41,269 bases of DNA from Candidatus Omnitrophota bacterium (lineage in GTDB: Bacteria; Omnitrophota; Gorgyraeia; Pluralincolimonadales; Pluralincolimonadaceae). Below are positions 8,415-17,898 of this stretch, in pieces. Position 1 is the first letter of the stretch; each line of letters opens with the position of its first letter. A program made the translations under genes and the position numbers. The stretch is from positions 1 through 41,269 of the forward strand of contig JBAZFE010000002.1 in the NCBI GenBank assembly GCA_041653555.1. Reading direction: 5' to 3'. Under the pieces are notes generated by a model. That model did not search any database and had not been told where the DNA came from. It saw nothing but the letters and a program-made list of their open reading frames with translations.

Positions 8415-9733
8415 TACCTGCCTCTCTTCCTTGACCTCACCGATGTGCATGGATCCATAAGTTTGAATACGTCCCTGTCGAACTTTGTTGAAAATTTCCT
8501 GAGCTCGACGAGTGTCAAGCCCGATATCCTCTCCTTTTTTTCCAGCGTGGACGCAACAAGTTTTCCGATCGCTGAATGCGCCTCCCTTGAATCGAGGCCT
8601 TTAGACACAAGGTATTCCGCAAGGTCGGTCGCATATAAAGACTCGTCCAGCAAGGCCCTTTCGATATTCTCTTTATTGACCTTTATTCCTTTAAGCATCC
8701 TTCCCATTATCGATAAGACCTTTGATATCTTCTCTACCGAATCGAATAACGGCTGTTTATCCCACTGCATATCCCTGTTGTACGCCAGCGGAAGTCCCTT
8801 CATCATGGTCAGGACCGATAGCAGGTTTCCGTATATCCGCCCGGTCATGCCTCTCACGAGTTCGAGGAAATCCGGGTTTACCTTCTGCGGCATTATGCTC
8901 GATCCCGTACAAAATTGCTGGTCGATCTCGATGAACCCGAATTCCGGCGTCGCCCACATTATAAGGTCCGACGCAAGCCTCGACAGGTGCATCGATACGG
9001 AAGAAGCAGCTTCAAGCATCTCAATCACGAAATCCCTGTCGGAGACGGCATCGATAGTGTTATCGCATATGGCAGCAAACCCCAGCTCCCTCGCGACATA
9101 CTTCCTGTCGATCTTAAGCGAGGTACCCGCAAGCGCGCATGCGCCTAAAGGCAGGTTGTCCGCGACATGATACGCGTAATGCAGTTTCGCCTTGTCCCTT
9201 TCGAGCATCTCGATATATGCCCATGCGTGGTCAGCCAGCAATACTGGCTGGGCGTGCTGCGTATGGGTAAGGCCCGGTATTATTACGTCCTTGTTCTTTC
9301 TCGCGAACGCTAAAAGCGCATTCTGGACGCCTACAACAAGATTGAACATATCCTGCGCTTTATCCTTGCAGTACATCCTCGTATCGAGCGCCACCTGGTC
9401 ATTCCTCGACCTGGCGGTATGCAGCTTCATTGCAGCTTTGCCGGCCTTCTTTTCCAGCGCGTTCTGTATATTCGTATGTATATCTTCGGCGGTGAAATCA
9501 TATATGAACTTACCCGAATTGATCTCCTTCATGATCGAATTGAGGCCCCTTACAATGCCGGCCGAATCCTTCTTAGGGATTATCCCGCATTTGCCCAGCA
9601 TCTTCGCGTGGGCTATCGATCCGAGGACATCATATTCCGCCAGCCTGTAATCGAAATACATGCTGCACGAGAACTCCTCGAATTCAGGGTCCTGCGATTT
9701 CTTGAATCTCCCCCCCCACAGCTTCTTTTTCAT
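8414..9733 (-). CDS. argH: argininosuccinate lyase
   Basis: 439 aa. The N-terminus is LWGGRFKK, and the fumarate-lyase signature GSSIMPQKVNPD is present. Confidence 0.95.
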   Translation of the reverse strand: MKKKLWGGRFKKSQDPEFEEFSCSMYFDYRLAEYDVLGSIAHAKMLGKCGIIPKKDSAGIVRGLNSIMKEINSGKFIYDFTAEDIHTNIQNALEKKAGKAAMKLHTARSRNDQVALDTRMYCKDKAQDMFNLVVGVQNALLAFARKNKDVIIPGLTHTQHAQPVLLADHAWAYIEMLERDKAKLHYAYHVADNLPLGACALAGTSLKIDRKYVARELGFAAICDNTIDAVSDRDFVIEMLEAASSVSMHLSRLASDLIMWATPEFGFIEIDQQFCTGSSIMPQKVNPDFLELVRGMTGRIYGNLLSVLTMMKGLPLAYNRDMQWDKQPLFDSVEKISKVLSIMGRMLKGIKVNKENIERALLDESLYATDLAEYLVSKGLDSREAHSAIGKLVASTLEKKERISGLTLVELRKFSTKFDRDVFKLMDPCTSVRSRKRGR

Positions 9734-10923
9734 TTGTGCAACCCCTTATATGATCCCCTGTACGGGAGCCCCCATATCTGGATGAACCCCTTCGCGAGCG
9801 ACTGGTCAAACTTGTCGCCTTCCTCGTACGTGGCCAGTTCCTTCTTATATAGCGAGTTCGGGGACTTCCTTCCCACGACGATACAATGGCCCTTATGCAG
9901 TTTCACCCTTACGGTCCCGCTGACGTTCTTCTGCGTATCGTCCACGAACTTATCCAGCGCTTCCTTAAGCGGCGTATACCAGAGCCCGTAATAGGTCAGC
10001 TCGGAATATTTCTGAGATACCTGCTCCTTGAAATGCAGGGTCTCCCTGTCGAGGACAAGGCTCTCGAGCGCCTTATGTGCGTTATGCAGCGTCCAAGCCG
10101 CGGGCGCCTCGTATATCTCCCTCGATTTAATCCCGACGAGCCTGTTCTCCACCATATCGCTCCTGCCGACGCCGGCCTCGCCCGCTATCTTAGCGAGCTT
10201 GAGGATAAGCGATACGCCGTCCATCTTCTTACCGTTCAATTTTACGGGGATACCCCTATTGAACTCTATTTCTACGTAGACAGGCTCCGCCTTAGCCTTA
10301 TTCACTCCCTTTGTAAGCTGATACGTATCTTCACCAGGCTCAAAATAAGGATCTTCCAGTTTCCCGCTCTCAATCGATATTCCCCATAGATTAAGATCAA
10401 TCGAGTACGGTTTCTTCTTTGTTGTATCGATGGGAATATTATTCTTCTTCGCATAGTCTATCTCTTCGGCCCTTGTCTTGAGCTCCCACTCCCTGACAGG
10501 CGCCAGTATCTTAAGCGCGGGATCGATAGATCCCACGGTCACTTCGAACCTTACCTGGTCGTTGCCTTTTCCCGTGCATCCGTGCGCGACATAACCGGCC
10601 TTCTCCTTATGCGCTGTCTCGACCAGCCCCTTCGCTATGATCGGCCTCGAAAGCGCCGTCGCCAGCAGGTAGCCGCCCTCATAGACGGCGCCCGCCTTGA
10701 GTGACTTGAAGACGAAGTCCTTGACGAACTCGTCCTTTAGGTCCTCGACCACCACTTTTACGGCCCCGGTAGCCAACGCCCTCTTCTTATACGTCGCGAA
10801 ATCAGACTCCTGGCCCACATCGGCCATATATGCGACCACATCATAGCCTTTATTGGCGAACCATTTGATTATGACGGACGTGTCGAGCCCGCCGGAATAT
10901 GCTAAAACTACTTTTTTATTCAT
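9730..10923 (-). CDS. argG: argininosuccinate synthase
   Basis: 397 aa. AYSGGLDTS and HGCTGKGNDQVRFE are present. Confidence 0.95.
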   Translation of the reverse strand: MNKKVVLAYSGGLDTSVIIKWFANKGYDVVAYMADVGQESDFATYKKRALATGAVKVVVEDLKDEFVKDFVFKSLKAGAVYEGGYLLATALSRPIIAKGLVETAHKEKAGYVAHGCTGKGNDQVRFEVTVGSIDPALKILAPVREWELKTRAEEIDYAKKNNIPIDTTKKKPYSIDLNLWGISIESGKLEDPYFEPGEDTYQLTKGVNKAKAEPVYVEIEFNRGIPVKLNGKKMDGVSLILKLAKIAGEAGVGRSDMVENRLVGIKSREIYEAPAAWTLHNAHKALESLVLDRETLHFKEQVSQKYSELTYYGLWYTPLKEALDKFVDDTQKNVSGTVRVKLHKGHCIVVGRKSPNSLYKKELATYEEGDKFDQSLAKGFIQIWGLPYRGSYKGLHK

Positions 10924-10930
10924 GCTCTCC

Positions 10931-11851
10931 TCACTTTAAAAGTAAAAGCAATAAAGCTTTTTCCACGTGAAGCCTGTTCTCAGCCTGGTCGAAGACCACC
11001 GAATGTTCCCCTTCCATGCATTCTTCCGTGATCTCCTCGCCCCTGTGCGCCGGCAGGCAGTGCATCACAATATAGTCCTTCGCCGCCTTCGAGCAAAGCT
11101 TGCCGTTGACCTGGAAACCCTTGAAAGCCTTGATCCTCTTCGCCTTCTCCTTCTCCTGGCCCATGCTCGTCCATACGTCGGTATATATCACGTCCGCGCC
11201 TGCGGCCGCCTTTTCCGGGTCGGCCGTAAGCACTACCTCGCTTCCGGACCTGCCGGCGGTCTCCGCGGCGTCCCTGGCCACTTCCTTATCCGGACCGTAG
11301 CCCTTCGGCGCCGCTACCGATATGTTGACACCCAATTTTGCGCATATATAAAGCAGCGAATTGCACACGTTATTGCCGTCGCCGATATAAGCGAGCTTCA
11401 ACCCGTTCAATGCGCCCTTCTTCTCCCTGACAGTATAAAGGTCCGAAAGGGCCTGGCAAGGGTGCGAAAAATCCGACAGCCCGTTTATGACGGGGATGCC
11501 GGAGTACTTCGCGAGCTCGACCACATCTCCGTGCTTGAACGTCCTCGCCACGATGCCGTCGAGATACCTCGAAAGCGTCCTTGCGACATCCTTTATCTCT
11601 TCCCTCTCGCCGAGCCTGACCTCATCGGGCGCAAGGTATATCCCCGTGCCGCCCAACTGCGCCATCGCGGCCACAAAAGATACCTTTGTCCTCAGGGAAG
11701 GCTTCTGGAATATGAGCCCGAGGGTCTTGCCCCTCAACGGCTCGCAGGCAGAGATCTTCCCTTCGGCCTTCAATTTAGCCGTAAGGTCGAATATCTCACT
11801 GATATCCGATTGCGATAATTCGTTTACAGTTATAAGGTCTTTAGCTTTCAA
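10931..11851 (-). CDS. argF: ornithine carbamoyltransferase
   Basis: 306 aa. SLRTKVSF, HPCQAL, DVWTSMGQE and HCLPAHRGEE are present. Confidence 0.9.
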   Translation of the reverse strand: MKAKDLITVNELSQSDISEIFDLTAKLKAEGKISACEPLRGKTLGLIFQKPSLRTKVSFVAAMAQLGGTGIYLAPDEVRLGEREEIKDVARTLSRYLDGIVARTFKHGDVVELAKYSGIPVINGLSDFSHPCQALSDLYTVREKKGALNGLKLAYIGDGNNVCNSLLYICAKLGVNISVAAPKGYGPDKEVARDAAETAGRSGSEVVLTADPEKAAAGADVIYTDVWTSMGQEKEKAKRIKAFKGFQVNGKLCSKAAKDYIVMHCLPAHRGEEITEECMEGEHSVVFDQAENRLHVEKALLLLLLK

Positions 11852-13037
11852 CTTCTATCCCTTTCATGGCTTCCTGCATTATCCCGACCGCCTTATCAAT
11901 ATCGGAATTCTTCACGGTAAGCGGCGGCATCACCCTCAGCACCTTTACCTGTGTGCAGTTGATAAGCAGGCCCTTCGCCGCGCATTTATCGACTATCTGC
12001 CTTCCCTCTATGCCGAGTTCGACCGCCTGCATAAGGCCCTTGCCCCTGACGACTTTTACGAACGGGAAATCCTTCTTCAAAAGCGAAAGCCTGTTATAGA
12101 GGTATCTTCCCCTCCTCACGGCCTTCTCGACCATATCGCCCTCTTCGATCGCAGCGAACGTAGCCAGCGATGCCGCGCAGGCAAGCGGGCCGCCTCCGAA
12201 TGTAGAGGCATGCGTTCCCGGCTGCAGCACATCGGCGATATTCTCCCCGGCCACCATCGCGCCGATCGGAAAACCTCCCCCGAGCGTCTTTGCCAGCGTA
12301 ATGATATCCGGCGTGATCCCGTAATGCTGGTAGCAGAACATCTTTCCGGTCCTGCCTATGCCCGTCTGTACCTCGTCAAGGATCAGTAATATCTTCTTTT
12401 CGTCGCATATCTTCCGGAGCCCTGACATGAACTCTTCCGAGCCGATGTTGATCCCGCCCTCGCCCTGTATCGGCTCGAGCATGATGGCCGCGGTCCTGTC
12501 TGTTATCTTCGACAATACCGACTGCAGGTCGTTGAACTTCGCGTACACGAAACCGCCGGGCAACGGGCCGAAGCCTTCCTGGTATTTCGGCTGGGCCGTA
12601 GCCGTTATAGTTGTAATGGTCCTGCCGTGGAACGAACCCTCCATCGTTACTATCTCATATTTTCCGGACGGGTATCCGGCCTTCCTTGCCAGCTTGATCG
12701 CCGCTTCGTTCGCTTCCGCGCCGCTGTTGCAGAAAAAGACTTTTCCCGGGAACGAATGCCCTATGATCTTCTTCGCGAGCTTACCCTGAAGCTCGTTGTA
12801 GAAATTGTTCGAGACATGGATCATCTTTCCCGCCTGTTCCCTGATCGCCCTCACGACCTTCGGATGGCAATGCCCTATGCCCGAGACCGCCCATCCGGGA
12901 AAGAAATCAAGGTATTCATTCCCCTCTATATCGTATACATTGACGCCCTTGCCCCTTACCAGCACTATAGGCACCCTGGCGTATGTCGGCATGACAAATT
13001 CATCGTATAACTTCTTAGTATCTTCTGCTTGGCTCAT
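11841..13037 (-). CDS. argD: acetylornithine aminotransferase
   Basis: 398 aa. It has the class-III aminotransferase blocks FCNSGAEANEAAIKLAR, DEVQTGIGRTGK and LAKTLGGGFPIGA. Confidence 0.9.
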   Translation of the reverse strand: MSQAEDTKKLYDEFVMPTYARVPIVLVRGKGVNVYDIEGNEYLDFFPGWAVSGIGHCHPKVVRAIREQAGKMIHVSNNFYNELQGKLAKKIIGHSFPGKVFFCNSGAEANEAAIKLARKAGYPSGKYEIVTMEGSFHGRTITTITATAQPKYQEGFGPLPGGFVYAKFNDLQSVLSKITDRTAAIMLEPIQGEGGINIGSEEFMSGLRKICDEKKILLILDEVQTGIGRTGKMFCYQHYGITPDIITLAKTLGGGFPIGAMVAGENIADVLQPGTHASTFGGGPLACAASLATFAAIEEGDMVEKAVRRGRYLYNRLSLLKKDFPFVKVVRGKGLMQAVELGIEGRQIVDKCAAKGLLINCTQVKVLRVMPPLTVKNSDIDKAVGIMQEAMKGIEVES

Positions 13038-13891
13038 CTTACTATCTCCGTCCCTATCCCTTTATCCGTGAATATCTCGAGCAGTATCGCATGGCTTAAC
13101 CTGCCGTCGATTATATGCGTCTTGTTCACGCCTTTTGCCAGCGCGCCCATTACCGCCTTGACCTTCGGGATCATGCCCGACTTGATTATCCCCCTCTTTA
13201 TCAGGTCCTCGGCTTCCCTCTTTTTCAGCGTCGGTATGAGCGTGCTTTCATCCGACTCGTCCCTCAATATGCCCTTCGTATCGGTTATCAATACGAATTT
13301 CTCCGCCTTTATGGCCGCCGCTATCGCGCTTGCGGCCAGGTCGGCATTTATGTTATAGGCCTTGCCGTCCCTGCCTTTCCCGACCGGTGTTATCACCGGT
13401 ATCGCGCCTCCGTTAAGGGTCTTGACTATCGGCCTTATATCTATCGACACTATCTTTCCGAGGAACCCCATATCCTTTCCCATGTGCGGCATCTTTGACG
13501 CTTTTATTATGCCGTCCTTTTTGGCGCTGAGCGCTTTCGCCTTTCCGCCGAGACCGTTAATATCTTCCGCTATCTCCCTGTTAGTCTCGTCGAGGGTATC
13601 GTCGACTATCTTCATCGTCTTCGCGTCGGTCACCCTGAACCCGTCTACGAACTCAGGCACAAGCCCCGCCGCCTTCATATTAGCGGATATCCTAGACCCG
13701 CCTCCGTGTACGATGACAGGCCTTATGCCTACCAGGCTCATGAATATGATATCCTGGAAAATCCCGGAGATGACCTTCCGGTCTTCCATCATGCTGCCGC
13801 CGGCCTTTATGACGACGGTCTTGCCCCTGAACTTCTTTATGTAAGGCAGCGCCTCGATCAGGACATCCGCCTTTTTAATTATATCTTGCAT
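13034..13891 (-). CDS. argB: acetylglutamate kinase
   Basis: 285 aa. It has the amino-acid kinase family blocks GKTVVIKAGGS, VIVHGGG and YNINAD. Confidence 0.95.
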   Translation of the reverse strand: MQDIIKKADVLIEALPYIKKFRGKTVVIKAGGSMMEDRKVISGIFQDIIFMSLVGIRPVIVHGGGSRISANMKAAGLVPEFVDGFRVTDAKTMKIVDDTLDETNREIAEDINGLGGKAKALSAKKDGIIKASKMPHMGKDMGFLGKIVSIDIRPIVKTLNGGAIPVITPVGKGRDGKAYNINADLAASAIAAAIKAEKFVLITDTKGILRDESDESTLIPTLKKREAEDLIKRGIIKSGMIPKVKAVMGALAKGVNKTHIIDGRLSHAILLEIFTDKGIGTEIVR

Positions 13892-15071
13892 TTATTTTTA
13901 TATAACCTTCCGTAAGGTCGCAGGTCCACGCCGTAGCGGAACCTTTGCCGGATCTCAGGTCAACCGTAATCTTAATATCCTTGCTCTTCATCGATCTCTT
14001 GGCTTCCGGCCTCAGGTCGAACCTCGCCTTACCGCAGTTCACGATCTTTATCCCGTTCAGCGAGATATCCATTTTCGATTCGTCGAACTTCACACAGGAC
14101 GCGCCCGCGGATGAAGCGATCCTTCCGATGTTCGGGTCCTCTCCCGCTATAGCCGTCTTGACCAGGCTCGAGTTGGCTATCTCCATAGCCATCTTCCTGG
14201 CATCCTTTTTGCTCTTCAGGCCCTTCACGTTAATCTCGACGAATTTCGCGGCGCCCTCTCCGTCCCTCGCGACTTCTTTCGCGAGGAAGGCCATGACATG
14301 GCTTAGTGCGCCGTAAAATACATCGTAATTCCTGCCGCCGTATTTGATCCGCGGATTTTTTGCAAGGCCGTTCGCGAGCACAAGCACCGTGTCATTCGTG
14401 CTCATATCCCCGTCAACGGTCACCATGTTGAACGAGTCTTCCACGGCATCCTTCAGGGATGCCTTAAGCGCCCTCGGCTCAATATCCGCGTCCGTTGTGA
14501 TGAAGCACAACATAGTTGCCATGTTAGGGCATATCATGCCGGAGCCTTTGGCTATTCCGCCGACCTTCACCGTCTTACCGCCTATATCCACCGCGACCGC
14601 GATCCTCTTATCATCCAGGTCGGTCGTCATTATCGCTTTTGCCGCGCTTAGTTCGCCATTTTTGCTGAGCCCTTTTACTAGCGAAGGCACGGCCGACGTT
14701 ATCCGCTCGACAGGAAGGGGCTTTCCTATTATGCCGGTAGAAGCGACAAGCACATCATCGATCGCTATGCCGGTCCCGGAAGAGACTGCCCTTGCGGTAT
14801 CCTTCGCCCATTTCATGCCGTCCCTGCCGTTAAGGCAGTTCGCGTTCCCGCTGTTGGCTATTATCGCCTGCGCCCAGCCGTCCTTCAGATTATTCCCGGT
14901 CAATACGACCGGCGCCGCTTTCACGGTATTCCTAGTGCATACGCCTGCCGCATGCGCCGGAACTCCGGAAAGGATCAACGCGAGGTCTAGTTTCTTCTTC
15001 TTTATCCCGCAGTTTATCCCTGAAGCTAAAAAGCCCTCAGGCGCCGTCACCGAGCCCTTTATCGTCTTCAT
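13875..15071 (-). CDS. argJ: bifunctional ornithine acetyltransferase / N-acetylglutamate synthase
   Basis: 398 aa. PNMATMLCFITTDA contains the ATML autoproteolysis site. It overlaps argB by 17 nt. Confidence 0.95.
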   Translation of the reverse strand: MKTIKGSVTAPEGFLASGINCGIKKKKLDLALILSGVPAHAAGVCTRNTVKAAPVVLTGNNLKDGWAQAIIANSGNANCLNGRDGMKWAKDTARAVSSGTGIAIDDVLVASTGIIGKPLPVERITSAVPSLVKGLSKNGELSAAKAIMTTDLDDKRIAVAVDIGGKTVKVGGIAKGSGMICPNMATMLCFITTDADIEPRALKASLKDAVEDSFNMVTVDGDMSTNDTVLVLANGLAKNPRIKYGGRNYDVFYGALSHVMAFLAKEVARDGEGAAKFVEINVKGLKSKKDARKMAMEIANSSLVKTAIAGEDPNIGRIASSAGASCVKFDESKMDISLNGIKIVNCGKARFDLRPEAKRSMKSKDIKITVDLRSGKGSATAWTCDLTEGYIKINARYN

Positions 15072-16099
15072 CAGGCGAGGCCCAGCTTTTCGTCAAAACC
15101 CTGCATCAGGTTCATGTTATGCACGGCCTGCGATGACGCGCCCTTATACAGGTTATCGATCGCCGTAATGACTATCGCCCTCCTGCCGGTAACCTTTATG
15201 CCTATATCACAGAAATTAGTCCCGAACACATTCTTCGTCTCGGGGAATGCGCCCTCTTCAAGGACCCTGACGAACGGCGAGTCCTTATAGAACCGGCCGT
15301 AAATTTCCAGCAATTCCGCCGCGCTTGAATCCTTTCCGAGCGTCATATATATCGTCGAAAGTATCCCCCTGTTCATGGGCACGAGGTGAGGAGTGAAAGT
15401 AACCTCCACCCTCGACCCCGCGGCCTCCGAAAGAGCCTGGTCGATCTCAGGCATATGCTGGTGCTGGTTTACCTTATAAGCTTTCAGGTTCTCGTTAGTT
15501 TCGGAGAACATCAGCGCGAGCGACGGCGTCCTTCCCGCTCCTGTCGCCCCCGACTTCGCGTCGATGATTATTTGTGAAACATCTATCATACCCTTCTTTA
15601 GGAGGGGCGCGCATCCGAGTATCGAGCCTGTGGGATAGCATCCCGGATTGGCCACGAATTTGCTTTTTGATATCTCCGCCCTATGCAGCTCGGGCAATCC
15701 GTATACGGCCGTCTTAAGCAGCTCCGGGCTCGTATGTTTTGTCCCGTACCATTTCTCATATACGGCCGCATCCTTAAGCCTGTAATCAGCGCTCAGGTCT
15801 ATGACCTTCTTCCCTGCTTTCAGGAAATCCGGCACAAATATCATGGAGACCCTGTGAGGAAGCGACAGGAATATGACATCGGCCGATCTGCATATCTGCG
15901 GGACATCCACATTATCGCACGCAAGTTCCAGTAAACCCCTGAACACGGGAAATATGTCGGATATCTTATCGGACCCTTCCGCCCTCCTGCTGACAGAGGT
16001 TATGGTGGCTTCCGGATGCCTCAGTAGTATTCTTATGAGTTCGCAGCCGGCATAACCCGTCGCGCCGACAATAGCTACCCTCGTATTTTTATTTGCCAT
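15071..16099 (-). CDS. argC: N-acetyl-gamma-glutamyl-phosphate reductase
   Basis: 342 aa. VAIVGATGYAG is present, and the active-site Cys lies in ANPGCYPT. Confidence 0.95.
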   Translation of the reverse strand: MANKNTRVAIVGATGYAGCELIRILLRHPEATITSVSRRAEGSDKISDIFPVFRGLLELACDNVDVPQICRSADVIFLSLPHRVSMIFVPDFLKAGKKVIDLSADYRLKDAAVYEKWYGTKHTSPELLKTAVYGLPELHRAEISKSKFVANPGCYPTGSILGCAPLLKKGMIDVSQIIIDAKSGATGAGRTPSLALMFSETNENLKAYKVNQHQHMPEIDQALSEAAGSRVEVTFTPHLVPMNRGILSTIYMTLGKDSSAAELLEIYGRFYKDSPFVRVLEEGAFPETKNVFGTNFCDIGIKVTGRRAIVITAIDNLYKGASSQAVHNMNLMQGFDEKLGLA

Positions 16100-16141
16100 G
16101 TTATGCCGTTAGGCCGCCTTTCGGATATTATCGCTGACTTG

Positions 16142-16171
16142 ATTATAAAATAAAAACGCCTATTCCGTCAA
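16142..16171 (-). promoter_or_regulatory. candidate sigma70-type promoter for argC and downstream genes
   Basis: The minus strand reads TTGACG (16166-16171), an 18-nt spacer, then TATAAT (16142-16147), about 42 nt upstream of the argC ATG. The -35 element and the spacer lie inside the rpsI terminator hairpin and T-tract. Confidence 0.45.
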
Positions 16172-16198
16172 GCACGAAGTCCCGTCGGAATAGGCGTG
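16147..16198 (-). terminator. rho-independent terminator after rpsI
   Basis: A 12-bp perfect stem pairs ACGCCTATTCCG (16156-16167) with CGGAATAGGCGT (16186-16197) around an 18-nt loop. On the minus strand it is followed by TTTTTATTTTA. Confidence 0.75.
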
Positions 16199-16220
16199 TT
16201 ATTGCCCTATGTAAATTGCG

Positions 16221-16616
16221 TTAACGTTTAGTCCACTGGAACCGCTTACGTGCTCCTTTTTGTCCGTATTTCTTTCGTTCCTTCATACGGGGATCGCGGG
16301 TCAAAAGCCCGCGTCCGCGCAATGCCGGACGAAAATTGGAATCCACCTTAAGCAAGGCGCGTGCAATGCCTAAACGCACGGCACCTGCCTGGCTCGACAC
16401 TCCGCCGCCTTCGACGTTGACCACTATATCGTACTTGGCCCCGGTCTGGGTTGCCTCGAGCGGTTCCCTCAGCACCATCCTGAGCGTCTCTCTCGGGAAG
16501 TAATCGTCCAATGCCCTCTTATTGACCAGAATCTGGCCCGAACCCGGCTTCAGCGTTACCCTCGCCGTGGATTCTTTCCTTCTTCCTGTTCCCTGTAATT
16601 TCAACTGCGCTTCCAT
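16221..16616 (-). CDS. rpsI: 30S ribosomal protein S9
   Basis: 131 aa. [12 protein letters not shown] is present, and the basic C-terminus ends in KR. Confidence 0.95.
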   Translation of the reverse strand: MEAQLKLQGTGRRKESTARVTLKPGSGQILVNKRALDDYFPRETLRMVLREPLEATQTGAKYDIVVNVEGGGVSSQAGAVRLGIARALLKVDSNFRPALRGRGLLTRDPRMKERKKYGQKGARKRFQWTKR

Positions 16617-16629
16617 CGTTCTCCTGATA

Positions 16630-17046
16630 TTAGACCTTTAAGGTCTCCGGTTTCTGAGCGGACAGGTCATGTTCTTTGCCCGCGAATACCCTCAATTTAC
16701 CTAACGCGTTTTTGCCGACCTTATTTTTCGCCAGCATTCCCTTTATCGCATGTGTTATGACGTATTCGGGCTTCCTCTTCAACAGGTCTTCGAGATTCTC
16801 CGTCCTCCTGCCGCCCGGATACCCGGAATACCAATCGTACTCCTTCGCCAAAAGCTTCTTACCGGTCACCCTTATCTTCGCCGCATTGATCACCACTACA
16901 CCGTCACCGACGTTTAAGTCTTTGCGGTACGTGGGTTTATGCTTGCCTGAAAGTACGCGCGAGACTGCCACGGCGAGCCTTCCCAGCACAACGCCGTCGG
17001 CGTCCACAATAAACCATTTTTCCTGCCATTTCGGATTCGTTACCAT
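16630..17046 (-). CDS. rplM: 50S ribosomal protein L13
   Basis: 138 aa. [30 protein letters not shown] is present. The canonical rplM-rpsI pair is intact. Confidence 0.95.
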   Translation of the reverse strand: MVTNPKWQEKWFIVDADGVVLGRLAVAVSRVLSGKHKPTYRKDLNVGDGVVVINAAKIRVTGKKLLAKEYDWYSGYPGGRRTENLEDLLKRKPEYVITHAIKGMLAKNKVGKNALGKLRVFAGKEHDLSAQKPETLKV

Positions 17047-17088
17047 CTTATTTAGCCTTCCTCACTTGGATTAGTTGTTAAGACGTAA

Positions 17089-17116
17089 GATTATAACATA
17101 AAACCGGTTATTGTCA
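17089..17116 (-). promoter_or_regulatory. consensus sigma70 promoter for rplM-rpsI
   Basis: The minus strand reads TTGACA (17111-17116), a 16-nt spacer ending in TGT (extended -10), then TATAAT (17089-17094). An A/T-rich UP-like stretch, GGAATAAAATATTC, lies just upstream. The SD GAGGAAGG precedes the rplM ATG. Confidence 0.7.
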
Positions 17117-17163
17117 AGAATATTTTATTCCGGCGTGTTCGATAGCGCATAAACAAGCGCATT

Positions 17164-17898
17164 CTAGTATTTTACCTCTATAAGGCAGAGCCCTTTTGAA
17201 GGCGCGGTCTCTCCCGCCGCCTTCCTGTCCTTCGCTTTAAGTATCCTCGCCATGCCTCCTGCGGGGATCCTGCCTCGGCCGATGCCTATGAGGGTCCCGG
17301 CGATGTTCCTTACCATGTTATACAGGAACCCGTCGGCCTCCACGTCCATGATTATCTTTCCGCCCTTCCTCTTCAAGGTTAGCTTCTTGATAGTGCGGAC
17401 CGATGAGCGTTCTATCCTGTCCGCCGCCTGGAACGACTTGAAATCATGCTTTCCTATAAGCGCCCCGGATTCCTTCTTCATCAGCGCGAGGTTGAGCTTA
17501 TACGGGATATACGCCGTGAGGTTCCTCTCTATCGCCGAGGGCGAGCTGCCGGTCATTATAGTGTACCTGTAAGTCTTCGACCTGGCGTCGAACTGCGCGT
17601 GGAATTTCAACGGGACGTCTTTCGTTTCCTTTATTACGATATCCTTCGGCAATAGGCTGTTGAGCGCCCTTTGAAGTTTGTAGAGGGGTATAGCGGAGGA
17701 TGTCTTGAAATTCGCGAAATGGCTTACCGCGTGGACTCCCGCGTCGGTCCGGCCGCAAGAGATAAGCCGCGCCTCACGGCCTGTTATCCGTTTAAGCGCG
17801 GCTTCTATCGTGTCCTGGATGCTCCGGGCGTTCTTCTGGGATTGCCAGCCCGAATAATCCGTCCCTTCGTATTCTATTTTGAGGAGGATATTACGCAT
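17164..17898 (-). CDS. truA: tRNA pseudouridine(38-40) synthase
   Basis: MRNILLKIEYEGTDYSGWQ is present, and the catalytic Asp lies in GRTDAGVHA. I rejected the 22-aa ORF-track extension. The start at 17898 overlaps the asd 3' end by 25 nt. Confidence 0.9.
   Translation of the reverse strand: MRNILLKIEYEGTDYSGWQSQKNARSIQDTIEAALKRITGREARLISCGRTDAGVHAVSHFANFKTSSAIPLYKLQRALNSLLPKDIVIKETKDVPLKFHAQFDARSKTYRYTIMTGSSPSAIERNLTAYIPYKLNLALMKKESGALIGKHDFKSFQAADRIERSSVRTIKKLTLKRKGGKIIMDVEADGFLYNMVRNIAGTLIGIGRGRIPAGGMARILKAKDRKAAGETAPSKGLCLIEVKY

Noticed and set aside
9710-9717. A homopolymeric C8 run (G8 on the coding strand) in codons 6-8 of argH. It could be a slipped-strand phase-variation site.
   Set aside because: It encodes the conserved WGG of the argininosuccinate lyase WGGRF motif in a housekeeping gene. 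There is no contingency-locus context. It is better regarded as a place to check for sequencing errors.
16100-16220. The largest intergenic region (121 nt), examined for a tRNA, small RNA, riboswitch or ARG box.
   Set aside because: It is fully accounted for by the rpsI terminator and a promoter-like element. It is too short and unstructured for a riboswitch, and I could not see a convincing ArgR palindrome.
17117-17163. A possible terminator between truA and the rplM promoter, with the form GCGC-N8-GCGC.
   Set aside because: The stem is only 4 bp and there is no U-tract. The A/T-rich part is better explained as an UP element of the consensus rplM promoter.
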